From a virus, in IMG/VR virus record IMGVR_UViG_3300026189_000003, positions 32,001 to 96,000 of that record: a stretch of DNA of 64,000 nucleotides; one strand, written 5' to 3'. The position numbers and the translations under genes were made by a program. This document shows, one piece after another, positions 11,301 through 20,857 of this stretch (within the stretch, counting starts at the first letter, position 1; each line of letters opens with the position of its first letter). A model generated the notes under the pieces. That model was not told the origin of the DNA and ran no database searches. It was given only the letters and a program-made list of their open reading frames with translations.

Positions 11301-14300
11301 TTACTGAAATAGTAGAACCTTCTCTAATTACAGTTGTTGTATTAGGATCAATCGGTGTACCAGTTTTATCTAAAATTGAATATGTGCTTCCTATGATATC
11401 TTCGATGTTTGCAACAACGCCTAACTTAGGTTTAAATTTTAATTTACTTGCACTTGGAGACAATGCAATAACACTACCAGTTCCCCAACCGCCTATGCTC
11501 CAGAATAAAAATTCTTTTGCACTGTATAACCAGTTAAGAGTTTGACTTGCATCATTGTTTATTTCATCAAATACCCAACCTTCGCTTTCAAGGTGTCTTC
11601 CATAGTTTACTAAGAAGTCAAATACTTCCTGAGAAGTTTTAAATTCAGTTCCATATGGAACAACAACTGTTCTGTTGGCTTCAGTTGATTTATATAAAGT
11701 TGCACTGATGCCACCTTCGGTAGGTACTTCATTTACTGTTACAAAATTCTTTGCAACAAATGATGTGTCAGTAACATGAGGTACTACTGTTCTATAAAAA
11801 TTACCTTCGTATCTAACTAACTGATCTTTTTCTAATGTTTGATTTGGCACGTAAGCACCAACTTTTGATGGTACTCCGCCAACAGATATTGGAACTTGCA
11901 CACCGTTTGGATCACTTACTGTTGTTTTAAAATGACTTCTGCTAATATCATAACCTCTAACAGCAAATCCTTTTTCTGTCTTTTCAACTATAACGCCACT
12001 GTATGCACTATTTTGTATACTTGGACTAGCATGAGTCACGTGTGAAATGTTATTATCTGGAATGTAAACACTTGTTCTAGTAGAATTAGGTGAGTATGAT
12101 TCAGTTTGTGCTCTATAACTTGCAAAGTCAACGAATGCTCCTTGTTTATGAGCTAACTGCGGTTGTACATTTCTTAAAATACCACCATATAAATCTGTAA
12201 TAGATTTGTTTTCATTAATTAATCTCTGAGTAACATATTGCTGATAACCAGTACCACTGAACGTATTAGTTCCTACTGTTTCTCTATCAACATAAACATT
12301 ATTGTTTGGTCGTTTACCTGTATTGAAATCGTATACACTTGTAGTATTGATTTTTGCTACTCTAGAATTCAATGTATCAAAAAACTTTTCATAATATTCT
12401 GCAGGTTTCAGTATTGACATTACTGCTGTTGTACCAAAAGAACTAGCACTGTTAATATAGTATGCTCTTTCACTTGGTGCATTGTCACCAATTTTCCAAT
12501 TCTTTTTAGCTTCATCGACACTTGGATTTCTATCAACTAATCCTAAAGTAAGCGGATCAATAACTTTACCTGATGTGTCAACAGGTACATAACTGCTAAA
12601 GCCTTCGTGCCTGTAAATATTTTCTTGATTTGTATAACTTAAATCTAATAAGTTAGCACGTGAACCTTCTCTAATAATACCTTTCTCGATATCATTAATT
12701 AATAATGCTCTTGCAGAAGATTGCTTCCAGTTATAGTTCCTATCCCACCAATGAGGCTTAATTGAGAAGCCTAACATTTCCCATGGATGCGTATCTAGTT
12801 TGTCTGAACCATAAAACTTTTTATAAATTCCTCTCCAGTGTCCTGCTGATCTATCTCCAAATAAATCTTGCGTACTACTCCAGTTCCATGTTTTCCAATC
12901 ATTTTGATCGTAGCCATTATTTTCAAATATATCTACTTGGTTGTTAACTGCCCATCTGTGAACTTGTGGCGTAATAACATCTGTGTATTCGCTGTATGAA
13001 TAATCTTTTTTATTAAAGTAATTGTCAACAGTACTATTGTATGAAATATCAGGAACATAATCTGGGTCCATGAATCTATTTTCAATATCGTTGTAAATTC
13101 TTTTTTCAATTTCTAGCAATGCTCTATCACGATCATCATTAAATTTAAGTGTTAATGATCCATCATGTCCTTCAATAAATGTTTTTGTTCCTGATGAATA
13201 ACTTGCATCACTAACTTCTCTAGGTAAAAATGCATTCGTCATTCCTAGCTTGGCTGGTGTTGACGGTATCCATGCAGGTTGTTTTGCAGAGAAGTGATAT
13301 ATTTTAATTACATCATTTACATCTGGCTTAGATGCTCCTACGAATATTATTCTAGTTCCTGATGAATTTTCAATAACGTAATCGTTATTCATTGTTAATA
13401 ATTTGTCGTTATTATAAATGTATAATGATTTTATATCTTTATCGTCACGTGGGTTGAATGCATAGCTTATGTCTAATCCAGGTTCACCTATCATTTCTAA
13501 AATATCTTGATAGTTTTGTACTGCTTGACTTTGGCTTTGTGTATTGTTCCAAGTTTTATTTGCACTTGTGATTGTAATAGTTTCTATTTGTGCATTCTTA
13601 CCGTAATTGGCCATTAAGCTGTAAGCCCATTTCTCACTTACTTTTTTATTTGTATTCAATGATTCTAAAACAGTATCAACTAATTTTTGATCAGTCCAGC
13701 TTGTAATATCATTGTCTATAGATACTTGTGTTACTTTTTGTAAAAATTTATTTTTAAATCTAATATAGTCGTCTTGTGCTAGTCTTGTTGACTTAATTAC
13801 ATTTCTATCATTGCTGTTAACATGAGTTAAGAATTTTACTAAAGGTGCACTGTGTTGTAATATTTCTTGTCCTTGTTCGTTTTCTTTTTTCGTATCTCTA
13901 TACGTATTATTTCCTAAAGGTTTTCCAGTTATATCTTCCTGTCTAGAAATAGCTGAACTCATATGTGATAATAAATCACTGTATGAATATTCATCAACTG
14001 GATTGTTCAATGCATTATGTGATAAGTTTTTTGGTAACTGGAATCTTGCTTTCTTTAAGTCTTTAGTTTCAAAGCTATCCCATACTACAAAAACATGGTA
14101 TCCTTTTGTAACATCAGCTGTCATTTTAATTGTTTGATTTTTTTCAATGTTGTAATCAACTTTGAATTCTTGTTCAACATTGTTTACATAAACTTTAACT
14201 TTAGAATCATCAGCAATTAACGATTCTAAAACAAAAGTATTTGCACTTGTATAATCATCAACATTAAAGTTTTGTTCTAAAAGCTGTTTAGATTTTTGTT

Positions 14301-16785
14301 TCGGTTGAACCCATTCTGTTTCATACACAGATGAGATAGAATCAACTAATGTTGAGTTCGCATTATCTACAACTGTTAACTTACCACCCATTCCTGCATG
14401 AGTACCACAGTAATAATATACTGTATCTGGTGTGTTTACATCTGGTGTAAACTCAACTGTTCTTGCTGTTGCTTTATCATACTCTGCTCCATAAAAAACA
14501 GTTTCTGAAACTTGTATGTCATTAATAAAGTATTTTACTTTAGTTGAATATCTTGTACCACTGCCATGTGTACCGTCGGCTGTTGTGCTTAATGCAAATG
14601 GATGTGATCCAGCTGAGTAACCTTTACTTGACAAACTTGAATCAGAAAGATCAAACACATATTTGTTTCCTCTAATCAATATTAAATTTTGTTTCTCAAT
14701 GCTATCAATATAAAATTTATTTCCGGTACTTGCTATACTTGGGTTTGTAATAACTTTTTTGTTAACAGTTGATTGTAAAACATTAGGGTAATTAGTTTTT
14801 TTATAATAAACTAATCCAGAAGTATCATCTAGCTGATAATTTTTAAATTTAATACTACCAACACTAGTATATGTATCGTATGATAATGGAAATCCTAATG
14901 ACGCATCATCAGTTCCTGTACCTACTGTGTAACCAAATAGCTGACTACCGTTAAAACTAGAACTGCTATATTTTGATGAATCATCTAGTACTACTCCACT
15001 GTTATCATATAAATTGTACAATGGTGGCTGATTGAATTTTGTTTTACTTTGTGATAATATCCAAGCATAACCAGTCCAATGATATTCTTTACCAGCATTT
15101 ACTACACCAGATTTAACTGTAATCTTGTCATTGTCAACAATAGTTAATCCAGCAACTTTAGTTAATGAAATACTTGTACCTACTCCACTTACTGTCCATA
15201 TAGAACTAGACACATCAAAGTCTACTCCAGTAATATCCCAGCTCTTGTCTGATGCACCATCTCCATCTGAATCATGATCCCATGGAAAACTATCACCTGA
15301 CCATTCAATCGGTGTTGTTTCAAATGCATTGTTTTGGAATAGTATTGACATACCATTTTCTAAAATTATACCATCAAGTGTGTAAGTACTTTGTCCTTCG
15401 ATGTCTGCTTTAGTTTGTGTTGTTGCTAATAAGTTAACTGTATATTTGTGTACTGCACCATAATTGTACAGTTGAATATCTTTCTTAAATTCGATAATAG
15501 GTCTAGTTGCTTTTTTTGATGCATCAAGTTGAAAAGCTGATTGTTGTAATTTATCTGTAGCGTCAAAATATCCACCGTCATAACCTGTGACATCTGTTGT
15601 TGATACATCCCATGGATGTTCTATCTCAACTAGTTTTTGTAAATTTCTATAACTTGTAATATTGTTTTTATGAACCCAGCCGTTTGTTCTAGACCACGGA
15701 TTGTTATCTTTCGAAGAACGATCGATAGTTATGTAATCATGTGTAGAAAGATCTGCTTGAGTATCCCATTTCTTTTCATCCCAACTAAAACTTACATCAA
15801 CACCTGAAGTTGTTTCTGAAGTAAAATCCCAAGGCTGATTTGTTAAAGTAATATATGATTCTGTGTCTAACACATCTTCATTTACTTGTACTAGTTCTAT
15901 ACCTGTTTCACTGCCTACACCTTCAACATAATATTTTTTATCTTGGTATGCTGGCTCTGTCAAATATGTTTTGTTGAATTCAACTAACATACCAGAACTT
16001 AATTTTATACCATTTGGTGAAGTATATTCTTTAGCACCAACTATTGCAGTAGGGCTGACTTTATGTACAATATTAACTGTATCACTTGCTGATATAGTTA
16101 TACTAGAGTTTGCAAACTCTAAGTTTAATCCTAATGTTTCGTAGTCTGTTGTTACAGTTCCGTTGACACTAACAACGTCTATGCTTGACGTGATAGGGTA
16201 AGATAGAGTAAAAGCCGTCTGTGAAGCATTAGCTGTAAAAGCCTCAACAGATCCTGTAACAACAATAGATGGTAAAAGAGGATCTACACTCGGATACCAA
16301 TAATAGTTTTCGTAGTTGATGAATTTATCATAATCAATTGGCGGTGCATAACTGTAATATTTTTGATCAAATAATCTATTTTGATTATTTGTTTTACCGT
16401 TTTCACTGCTTACATGATTTAGTGCTTCAGTATAAAATACTGCATCAATCGTACTTAACGAATCTGGATTTCTAATTATAAGTGATGGCTCTAATTGATA
16501 GTCACCACGTTGTTTTGTTTTTTCAATTTTGTAGTTGTCTTTTTCTTGAGAAAAGTAAACGTCATCTTTTCTACCAATAAATTCTGATGTTTGAATAGCA
16601 TTAGGAGAACTGAAAAGTTGTTCTACTGTTCCATCAAAAAAGTTTTTTAACTTTGCTGAATGAAATACTTCAGGTAAAAAGTCTAAAGCCTTAAAGTCAT
16701 CTGTAGTACTAACATTAGAAGTATACGTATCGCCAATGTTACTGTTAGATGTTGATGTGAATGAAACGTTAGACTCGTACGCCAT
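5332..16785 (-). CDS. Giant (3817 aa) baseplate wedge / structural protein, gp7-like position
   Basis: Directly downstream of and coupled to the gp6-like gene; multidomain; 'YVNEAKPY' motif near the C-terminus. Confidence 0.7.
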   Translation of the reverse strand: MAYESNVSFTSTSNSNIGDTYTSNVSTTDDFKALDFLPEVFHSAKLKNFFDGTVEQLFSSPNAIQTSEFIGRKDDVYFSQEKDNYKIEKTKQRGDYQLEPSLIIRNPDSLSTIDAVFYTEALNHVSSENGKTNNQNRLFDQKYYSYAPPIDYDKFINYENYYWYPSVDPLLPSIVVTGSVEAFTANASQTAFTLSYPITSSIDVVSVNGTVTTDYETLGLNLEFANSSITISASDTVNIVHKVSPTAIVGAKEYTSPNGIKLSSGMLVEFNKTYLTEPAYQDKKYYVEGVGSETGIELVQVNEDVLDTESYITLTNQPWDFTSETTSGVDVSFSWDEKKWDTQADLSTHDYITIDRSSKDNNPWSRTNGWVHKNNITSYRNLQKLVEIEHPWDVSTTDVTGYDGGYFDATDKLQQSAFQLDASKKATRPIIEFKKDIQLYNYGAVHKYTVNLLATTQTKADIEGQSTYTLDGIILENGMSILFQNNAFETTPIEWSGDSFPWDHDSDGDGASDKSWDITGVDFDVSSSIWTVSGVGTSISLTKVAGLTIVDNDKITVKSGVVNAGKEYHWTGYAWILSQSKTKFNQPPLYNLYDNSGVVLDDSSKYSSSSFNGSQLFGYTVGTGTDDASLGFPLSYDTYTSVGSIKFKNYQLDDTSGLVYYKKTNYPNVLQSTVNKKVITNPSIASTGNKFYIDSIEKQNLILIRGNKYVFDLSDSSLSSKGYSAGSHPFALSTTADGTHGSGTRYSTKVKYFINDIQVSETVFYGAEYDKATARTVEFTPDVNTPDTVYYYCGTHAGMGGKLTVVDNANSTLVDSISSVYETEWVQPKQKSKQLLEQNFNVDDYTSANTFVLESLIADDSKVKVYVNNVEQEFKVDYNIEKNQTIKMTADVTKGYHVFVVWDSFETKDLKKARFQLPKNLSHNALNNPVDEYSYSDLLSHMSSAISRQEDITGKPLGNNTYRDTKKENEQGQEILQHSAPLVKFLTHVNSNDRNVIKSTRLAQDDYIRFKNKFLQKVTQVSIDNDITSWTDQKLVDTVLESLNTNKKVSEKWAYSLMANYGKNAQIETITITSANKTWNNTQSQSQAVQNYQDILEMIGEPGLDISYAFNPRDDKDIKSLYIYNNDKLLTMNNDYVIENSSGTRIIFVGASKPDVNDVIKIYHFSAKQPAWIPSTPAKLGMTNAFLPREVSDASYSSGTKTFIEGHDGSLTLKFNDDRDRALLEIEKRIYNDIENRFMDPDYVPDISYNSTVDNYFNKKDYSYSEYTDVITPQVHRWAVNNQVDIFENNGYDQNDWKTWNWSSTQDLFGDRSAGHWRGIYKKFYGSDKLDTHPWEMLGFSIKPHWWDRNYNWKQSSARALLINDIEKGIIREGSRANLLDLSYTNQENIYRHEGFSSYVPVDTSGKVIDPLTLGLVDRNPSVDEAKKNWKIGDNAPSERAYYINSASSFGTTAVMSILKPAEYYEKFFDTLNSRVAKINTTSVYDFNTGKRPNNNVYVDRETVGTNTFSGTGYQQYVTQRLINENKSITDLYGGILRNVQPQLAHKQGAFVDFASYRAQTESYSPNSTRTSVYIPDNNISHVTHASPSIQNSAYSGVIVEKTEKGFAVRGYDISRSHFKTTVSDPNGVQVPISVGGVPSKVGAYVPNQTLEKDQLVRYEGNFYRTVVPHVTDTSFVAKNFVTVNEVPTEGGISATLYKSTEANRTVVVPYGTEFKTSQEVFDFLVNYGRHLESEGWVFDEINNDASQTLNWLYSAKEFLFWSIGGWGTGSVIALSPSASKLKFKPKLGVVANIEDIIGSTYSILDKTGTPIDPNTTTVIREGSTISVTQDNREPIYFVNLYVREIEHITIFDNETTFLDTIYNPTLSIRQPRIKQTLLRTNDWSGKLEANGYLIDSTKGLVSNFETTTNEMENYLDVDKSVNNENLNSAGLHTIGYQNRTYLDNLEIVDDNQTKFYQGFIRQKGTKNAIDKITRSTKVTQNQNFNMYEYYAFKVGEFGGSDVNQSIEFKIDSNKVKANPQLITFLPKQDGTITTDNLFDNIITIDADDNDTWVKKPKGDKTTANLFTSRTETFEMPTAGYVHANDTTYQVFDKANLLSHYQNNVSTSISLGSTYWVAKDTNLDWNVYRLSTITQTLDSVVSNSPLTVTLNESTGKLATTANATVDYVLPNELDGSNASVITTTHGSKKLQLQLSDQSISKTITFGDFGGANAEIVVDSLADQVAGFVITTAGSGYSVGDTITVSGSGGTGASGTVSSIDGSGGITGITFVKGGGGFYAEPADIVINTGGSPSSGSGAVINLKGNNPTFEINSTLQNTAVNFAVGETVNWSGGSAIVTNAFKKTGGQVVLHIHNNTSTPSVSHTFTGATSGAVTTGSTTVTARSTSASGDTTFGGILSYIVNNGGTGYVSPTFLVSGSVGVGSGAVEHSAGVITSAFSQNPGYGYRKEFTPNADITITVQDTISNGDNKTVTFADNLLKCDSISNVSITINEAWDGTAPQLDVGTSANPDAFKSNQALSGNVVITSLASNITDRSNTAVKVRFHGTNATTGNATVTVNYKKATYNVLDTDGTSTNASAVNSTYLSSNPHPIYVYKDVRLATRNNGIDQADKKANLGATVNHFVSNVCAAITFTDGDQIWIDNGGDSYWYNLKLTSNASVKTAYDNLASNANVNSAITISGKYWIINSDIDYTDTANLSQTLFDGTVRTNKGKSQIDSTLFYKSKISDLGDYNRETEFSLYDPVKNLIPAIAEKEIVFKRLVDPAVYTNHADSSFVTNQEPWGIEQVGQTWWNTSTLKYFEYENYDLEYKQKYWSKLFPGSTIDIYEWTESSNAPASYVGDGTPVSTTNYTAITTTDKQNFQTTKYYFWVKDKTTVPDYDWRLYSTTSIARIIKDPTAFGLNWYAPVDRNSLIVANSTRSITDDSLFTLNYKIMNVDKPSHKQWLMIKENDPSTPVDKRIWNKFTDSLSGKDANNLSVPDTTTLGPLNRYGSSIRPRQTWFKDVKEARRHFAFKLNDLVSTINMDVDYPEWESGFNNSPIYDKSDYYLSGYSNAIVVNRTVDTYSEIDTSTLSDFEVIKVNTDYNNKWAIYIYGPRSEIVSGNAPVSTSSTVSSSDATVSPGSGYSGGEGGGSYSVGSQSEGGEGSGDSSSEKKELVRIANQTSTFKLNTKFYTNDDVSADTRNLMKQLYDYVFAGTNRVNSNELLFAMINYIFAEQENIDWVIKTSYFDVVQDDASLTQLASYTPDTFDFVKDYVNEAKPYSSKLVNYLSKKQPVLESANVDAEDSFTISSSVVFDRVSENVELLSSGTDGQQLAELKKKRTVKDIAQDGRQGDLQAKDNAVERIAKYFFSTELAALDTNDDNAVKVFMATLKKVIAPYKDLELEGFPFGFDKLTDSELVSLLGLDITGFDQSLDWDSDVQQIFYNTLFESAKNWQTGTAYTKDITMNNASQISSNTIVKNDDLTHFTAWSVSNNYDVGAYVKHQGLVYRCNVKHNAVDVSSFDFSKWDYIKDLVYVTSENHTSGTFATDYANNKWSLITTKFDAAGFVRPQHEDNPEELVPTSMKENLTLTVTTAERTAKDVADIDGDGNVTETYGYGDQYTFRIFYSGSGHTEFKRLPKVAETTLSSNIDATVTYIDVADASTLYAELSVKDPDDNSQTIGTIPATVTGTVNDNNPGYIWINQELIEFRKVSGNRLSKLRRGVHNTPIQSHTANDRINSANDQHDIPNATQTARWSAFDPAGSQMIDKTVQATWDAVAWDGTDALWDKASLDPTEQAIFIRAGGNSNFKLYNTTYTEPGYVDNQAGITTGYFSEE

Positions 16786-19700
16786 TAATACTCTCCCACA
16801 GCACCAGAAGTAACTGATCTTAGATTAACTCCTGTTAAACCAGAGACAATCTCTACTTGATTAACTGTGGCAGTACTAAAGAATAGTTCATTACTTCCAG
16901 CTTTGATTTGAAATAGGTCACCAAATTTTGCTTCTGCATCTTTTGGTACAATAACCACACTTGATATCTTACTTGACAACCTAGTATGAATAAAAGCGGC
17001 AAGTTCACTATAATAAAATGTATCACCAAAGTCCCAATTAGAAATAGAAAAGTAACTATTGATTGCTTGAATGATTTCTGTTTTAATTTCGTTATCAGTG
17101 TAATTTGTATTTGGTATCTTAACTACTCTAAAGATAGCTTGATTCTGTTCATCAGCAGTTGGTCCAAATAATAATTTAAATTTAGCTGATGAATAAATTA
17201 ATTGATCACTTATTGATCTATATTTTTCTAATTCACCAACACTGTTTTTAATTTCTTGTGAAGTAGGTTCTGCAGGAAATAATGATCTTGCTTTTCCACT
17301 GCTAAACCAGTTTTGTACATTAGTATAATGTGTTTTATCTAATATAACTAATTCAATAATATTACTTACTGAAGGATCAATTCTTTGTGATCTTGGTGCA
17401 CTGTGTTTGTAGTGAAAATAAAATTTCTCTGCGTCACTAAATGCTCTACCTACAAAAGCCTTGTAAGTTTTTTTATTAGTACTATTATACCCGGCTCTTC
17501 TTGTATAAGATGAACTGTTTACATCATTAACTAATTTGATTGCTGTGTTCTCTACACCTGAACCATTACCTCTGTAGAAAAAGAAGTTGTTGGCCGCTGT
17601 TGAATCAGCTGTTACAAATGCTAATCCGTTAACACTTGAAGCGGCAAGTTTAGTAGTAACTTGCGTAACATCTGAACTTAATTTATAATATGTGTATCCG
17701 TCATAATCAATATAATTTTCAAAAAATACATAATGATTATCACTTATTAAATCATCGTGTGCAATTGGATTGTCTGGTGAACCACTATTGTCAGAGTCAA
17801 TATTTGTTACTTTAATTTTTTTAATATCTACGTAGCCGTCTTGTTCTGTAAAGCTATCTGAAATACTAAATGTAATTGGATTGACTAGTTTCGCCGCATT
17901 GCCTGGATCAGTCAACAATTTAACATCTTTGTTTATGTTTAAAAGTTCTATAGTATCTTGTACTGCTTTACCAGTAGTTGAATCAATATTTTTATAGTCA
18001 CTAACATAAAAGAATCTAACTTCATCTTTACTTTCAAATACGTAATCTAATCCTCTTATAGTAAATTCATATTTTGGAGATGAAGCTGTAGATGCCGCCG
18101 GCACATATTTTGCATAAACCAACCATGAAGTATCACTAGCTAGAGCTTGATATCCTGGTGGAAATTTACTGTTATATGCTACACTAAATTCATTAGTTGT
18201 ATCTAGGTAATCGTCAGCTATAACATACCAGCCTTCTTTTTTAAGACTTGGGTCGTTATAATGATAACCTATTCCAAAGTTTACACCTGCCTGCATCTGT
18301 GTTCTAATAGTTTCTTTTTCTGTTGTCGACAATGCAGTTCTAAAGTTTGGCAATATTTTTCTAATCTTATATCCATTTGTGATTTGCTTATCTAATTGTA
18401 TTGAACCTGCTGTATCTGAATTTGTAACAACACCATTATTTCTTACACTTACTACTGTGGTAAAGATACTTTTTGTTGGTGTTGAATAATCATCTACAAA
18501 TTCTAAAACTGTTCCTGGTCTAATCATACCTAGTTTTTCGTTATTGTTTAATGGATTATTATGTACACCAGTTGCTTGTGAAAATGTTTTATCGGCCGCA
18601 CCTGCAATTACAAAATATCCTGTTTGACTTTGACCCGCACTAGGATATGTTACCCATTCATTTTTCTCAGTACTAGCTGACTGCATAACAAATTGATTTG
18701 CATCATGTGTTGCCTCGACAGCTTTTTTATATGTGTCATAATAATAGTTAGATAATAAATTCTTTTGAATTAATGGTTCTAATATGTTTTCAATTATATA
18801 AGTGTAACTAGTATAATCTACAACCGTACCAGTTATTTCTTCACTGTTTAATGTAAAGTCTGGATTTTTATAAAGTATTCCATCTTCTCCATATACGTTT
18901 ACACTTTTTACTGTTCCTGTAGGATCATTGATATCTAAGTATCTAGAATGACCTATGTGCGTTTTGTTTATAGATTTAATTTTTTGAATTGAGTTACTTT
19001 GTGTTAAAGGAAAAATATTATAATCTTCAGCATTAATCATTCTGTCCTGTGAGTAATAAGACTTAGGAGCATTTTGTTTAATACTAGCATCAGATTCAGT
19101 TGCTTGTGAATTTGAAACAGTATAATTTAATGACAATGATAATGTAAGAATATATTCTTGTCCTTCGTTGTTTTTATAACTTATATTAATCTCTTTGTTT
19201 TGAATTCTGTTTTTTCTTAGTACTTGTCCTTGTCCTGAACTTCTTCTAAACCATACTCTAAAATTTCCTTTAGGAGCAACACCAAAGTTACCATCACTAA
19301 AGTTAATAGTAGCTTTATCATTGTTTTGAGATTGTACTGTAAAAATATTTGTATCACTAATAGCTAAACTATTGTATATTGTATTTTGTCCAAATAAACT
19401 TGGTACCTTTTTCCATTTTTCTAAAACAACTCCGCTGTTAGAAACTTTTTGAACATAAACATCTAGTTCATTAATATTAGATAATGGCAAGTCAATTGAT
19501 CTGTTTGGTACAGGCGAAGCAAAATTATAATCTTCAAAGTTCATTTCACCTTCTTTAAAATATGCAAAGAAGCCATTATTGATACTTGAAAAACCTTGGT
19601 TGTCATTTTTGTAAATTAAATTATATGGCTCTGCTTGGTCTGGATCTTTTTCATAAAAGTATCCATCCGGATGAATATCTGATTTAACAACGTCAATGGA

Positions 19701-20330
19701 TGTATTAATACCATCTATGTTTTCACTAAAATTTTGTATAACTGGTTGAGTCGTAGTACTATTAATATTGTACATCTCAGAAAGTATAGTATTCACTGTT
19801 CCACTTTTAACAGGATCACCAAATTGGTTTGTACTATTGAAAGCACTGTTAAGAATTTGTAACCACTGATCGTACCATTCTGTATTGTTTGCATCGTTCC
19901 ATGTAACATTTGTGTTAGATAAATTTGTTCCTTCTGAATCAACTAAAGGTTCAGTAGTTCTAACTTTGTTAACTTTTAATAATCCTCTTGCTGGAGTATT
20001 TCTTTTTGGTGTGTAGTTTACAAGTTTAGCAAGTTTGATAATGCTATCTCTTCTTTCGGCTGTATCAAAAAAGTTTTCTCTTGAATTTAAATCTGTTCTA
20101 AATGCTAGACTTTGTCCCATGTAAGACAATAAATCTATGATAGCAATAAATTCACTTGATTGAATATAGTCATTGAAATCTTCAGGATAGTTTGTTTGAA
20201 TATAATTCAACATACTTGTTCTGATTGAATCGTAATCGTATGACGTAAAGTCTGCCTGTGTAAAACTTCTATATATTGTTTTCCAATCTTCTGCTGAAAA
20301 TAAATTGTCTTGTCTTTGTATTTGACTCAT
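16785..20330 (-). CDS. gp6: Baseplate wedge subunit (T4 gp6-like)
   Basis: 'DFTSYDYDSIR...YPEDFNDY..SSEF', 'FDTAERRDS..KLAKLVNYTPKR', 'FSDGNFG', 'QDRMINAEDY'. Confidence 0.85.
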   Translation of the reverse strand: MSQIQRQDNLFSAEDWKTIYRSFTQADFTSYDYDSIRTSMLNYIQTNYPEDFNDYIQSSEFIAIIDLLSYMGQSLAFRTDLNSRENFFDTAERRDSIIKLAKLVNYTPKRNTPARGLLKVNKVRTTEPLVDSEGTNLSNTNVTWNDANNTEWYDQWLQILNSAFNSTNQFGDPVKSGTVNTILSEMYNINSTTTQPVIQNFSENIDGINTSIDVVKSDIHPDGYFYEKDPDQAEPYNLIYKNDNQGFSSINNGFFAYFKEGEMNFEDYNFASPVPNRSIDLPLSNINELDVYVQKVSNSGVVLEKWKKVPSLFGQNTIYNSLAISDTNIFTVQSQNNDKATINFSDGNFGVAPKGNFRVWFRRSSGQGQVLRKNRIQNKEINISYKNNEGQEYILTLSLSLNYTVSNSQATESDASIKQNAPKSYYSQDRMINAEDYNIFPLTQSNSIQKIKSINKTHIGHSRYLDINDPTGTVKSVNVYGEDGILYKNPDFTLNSEEITGTVVDYTSYTYIIENILEPLIQKNLLSNYYYDTYKKAVEATHDANQFVMQSASTEKNEWVTYPSAGQSQTGYFVIAGAADKTFSQATGVHNNPLNNNEKLGMIRPGTVLEFVDDYSTPTKSIFTTVVSVRNNGVVTNSDTAGSIQLDKQITNGYKIRKILPNFRTALSTTEKETIRTQMQAGVNFGIGYHYNDPSLKKEGWYVIADDYLDTTNEFSVAYNSKFPPGYQALASDTSWLVYAKYVPAASTASSPKYEFTIRGLDYVFESKDEVRFFYVSDYKNIDSTTGKAVQDTIELLNINKDVKLLTDPGNAAKLVNPITFSISDSFTEQDGYVDIKKIKVTNIDSDNSGSPDNPIAHDDLISDNHYVFFENYIDYDGYTYYKLSSDVTQVTTKLAASSVNGLAFVTADSTAANNFFFYRGNGSGVENTAIKLVNDVNSSSYTRRAGYNSTNKKTYKAFVGRAFSDAEKFYFHYKHSAPRSQRIDPSVSNIIELVILDKTHYTNVQNWFSSGKARSLFPAEPTSQEIKNSVGELEKYRSISDQLIYSSAKFKLLFGPTADEQNQAIFRVVKIPNTNYTDNEIKTEIIQAINSYFSISNWDFGDTFYYSELAAFIHTRLSSKISSVVIVPKDAEAKFGDLFQIKAGSNELFFSTATVNQVEIVSGLTGVNLRSVTSGAVGEY

Positions 20331-20764
20331 TATATTGTTTCTCTTTCAAATTCTAGTTGCATTGTTGCTTGTTGATTATAAGGCAAAACATTGATCCCAA
20401 TATCTAATCTTAATCCATTTTCGGATTCTACTACATTAGTATCAATTAATTGAACTCTAGGATCACTATTGATTACTGCTTGACAATCTTCTACTATTAA
20501 TTCTTTATTGTGTTCATCTAATGGTTCATACAGCATATCCCAAATTACTGAACCAAAGTTTGGATTCATAACTCTCTCACCTTTTCTTGTATAAAAATGA
20601 TTAACTAGATCCTGTTTGATTAAATCGAGATCGAATAGCTGATTAGATTTGTCACTAGTTAGTGTACTAAATCCTTTATATGTGCCACGTGGAAAAGATC
20701 CAGTATTACTACTGTTTGTGGAAGAAGTTGAAACTCCAGTATTTGTCGTTGTCGTATATGCCAT
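20330..20764 (-). CDS. gp25: Baseplate wedge subunit / sheath initiator (gp25-like)
   Basis: 'TRKGERVMNPNFGS.IWDMLYEP...DPRV' GPW/gp25 signature. Confidence 0.9.
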   Translation of the reverse strand: MAYTTTTNTGVSTSSTNSSNTGSFPRGTYKGFSTLTSDKSNQLFDLDLIKQDLVNHFYTRKGERVMNPNFGSVIWDMLYEPLDEHNKELIVEDCQAVINSDPRVQLIDTNVVESENGLRLDIGINVLPYNQQATMQLEFERETI

Positions 20765-20783
20765 ATCTTTTTTACTCTACAGA

Positions 20784-20830
20784 TATTTATAGATGATTTT
20801 ATATGCTGTTTTAATTATATATCATAAATA
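20784..20830. promoter_or_regulatory. Divergent pair of late promoters (TATAAATA on minus, TAAATA on plus)
   Basis: TATAAATA at 20784-20791 (-) and TAAATA at 20825-20830 (+) between the divergent gp25 and ClpP genes. Confidence 0.65.
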
Positions 20831-20857
20831 TCTTAAAATACAAAACAATGAGAAATT

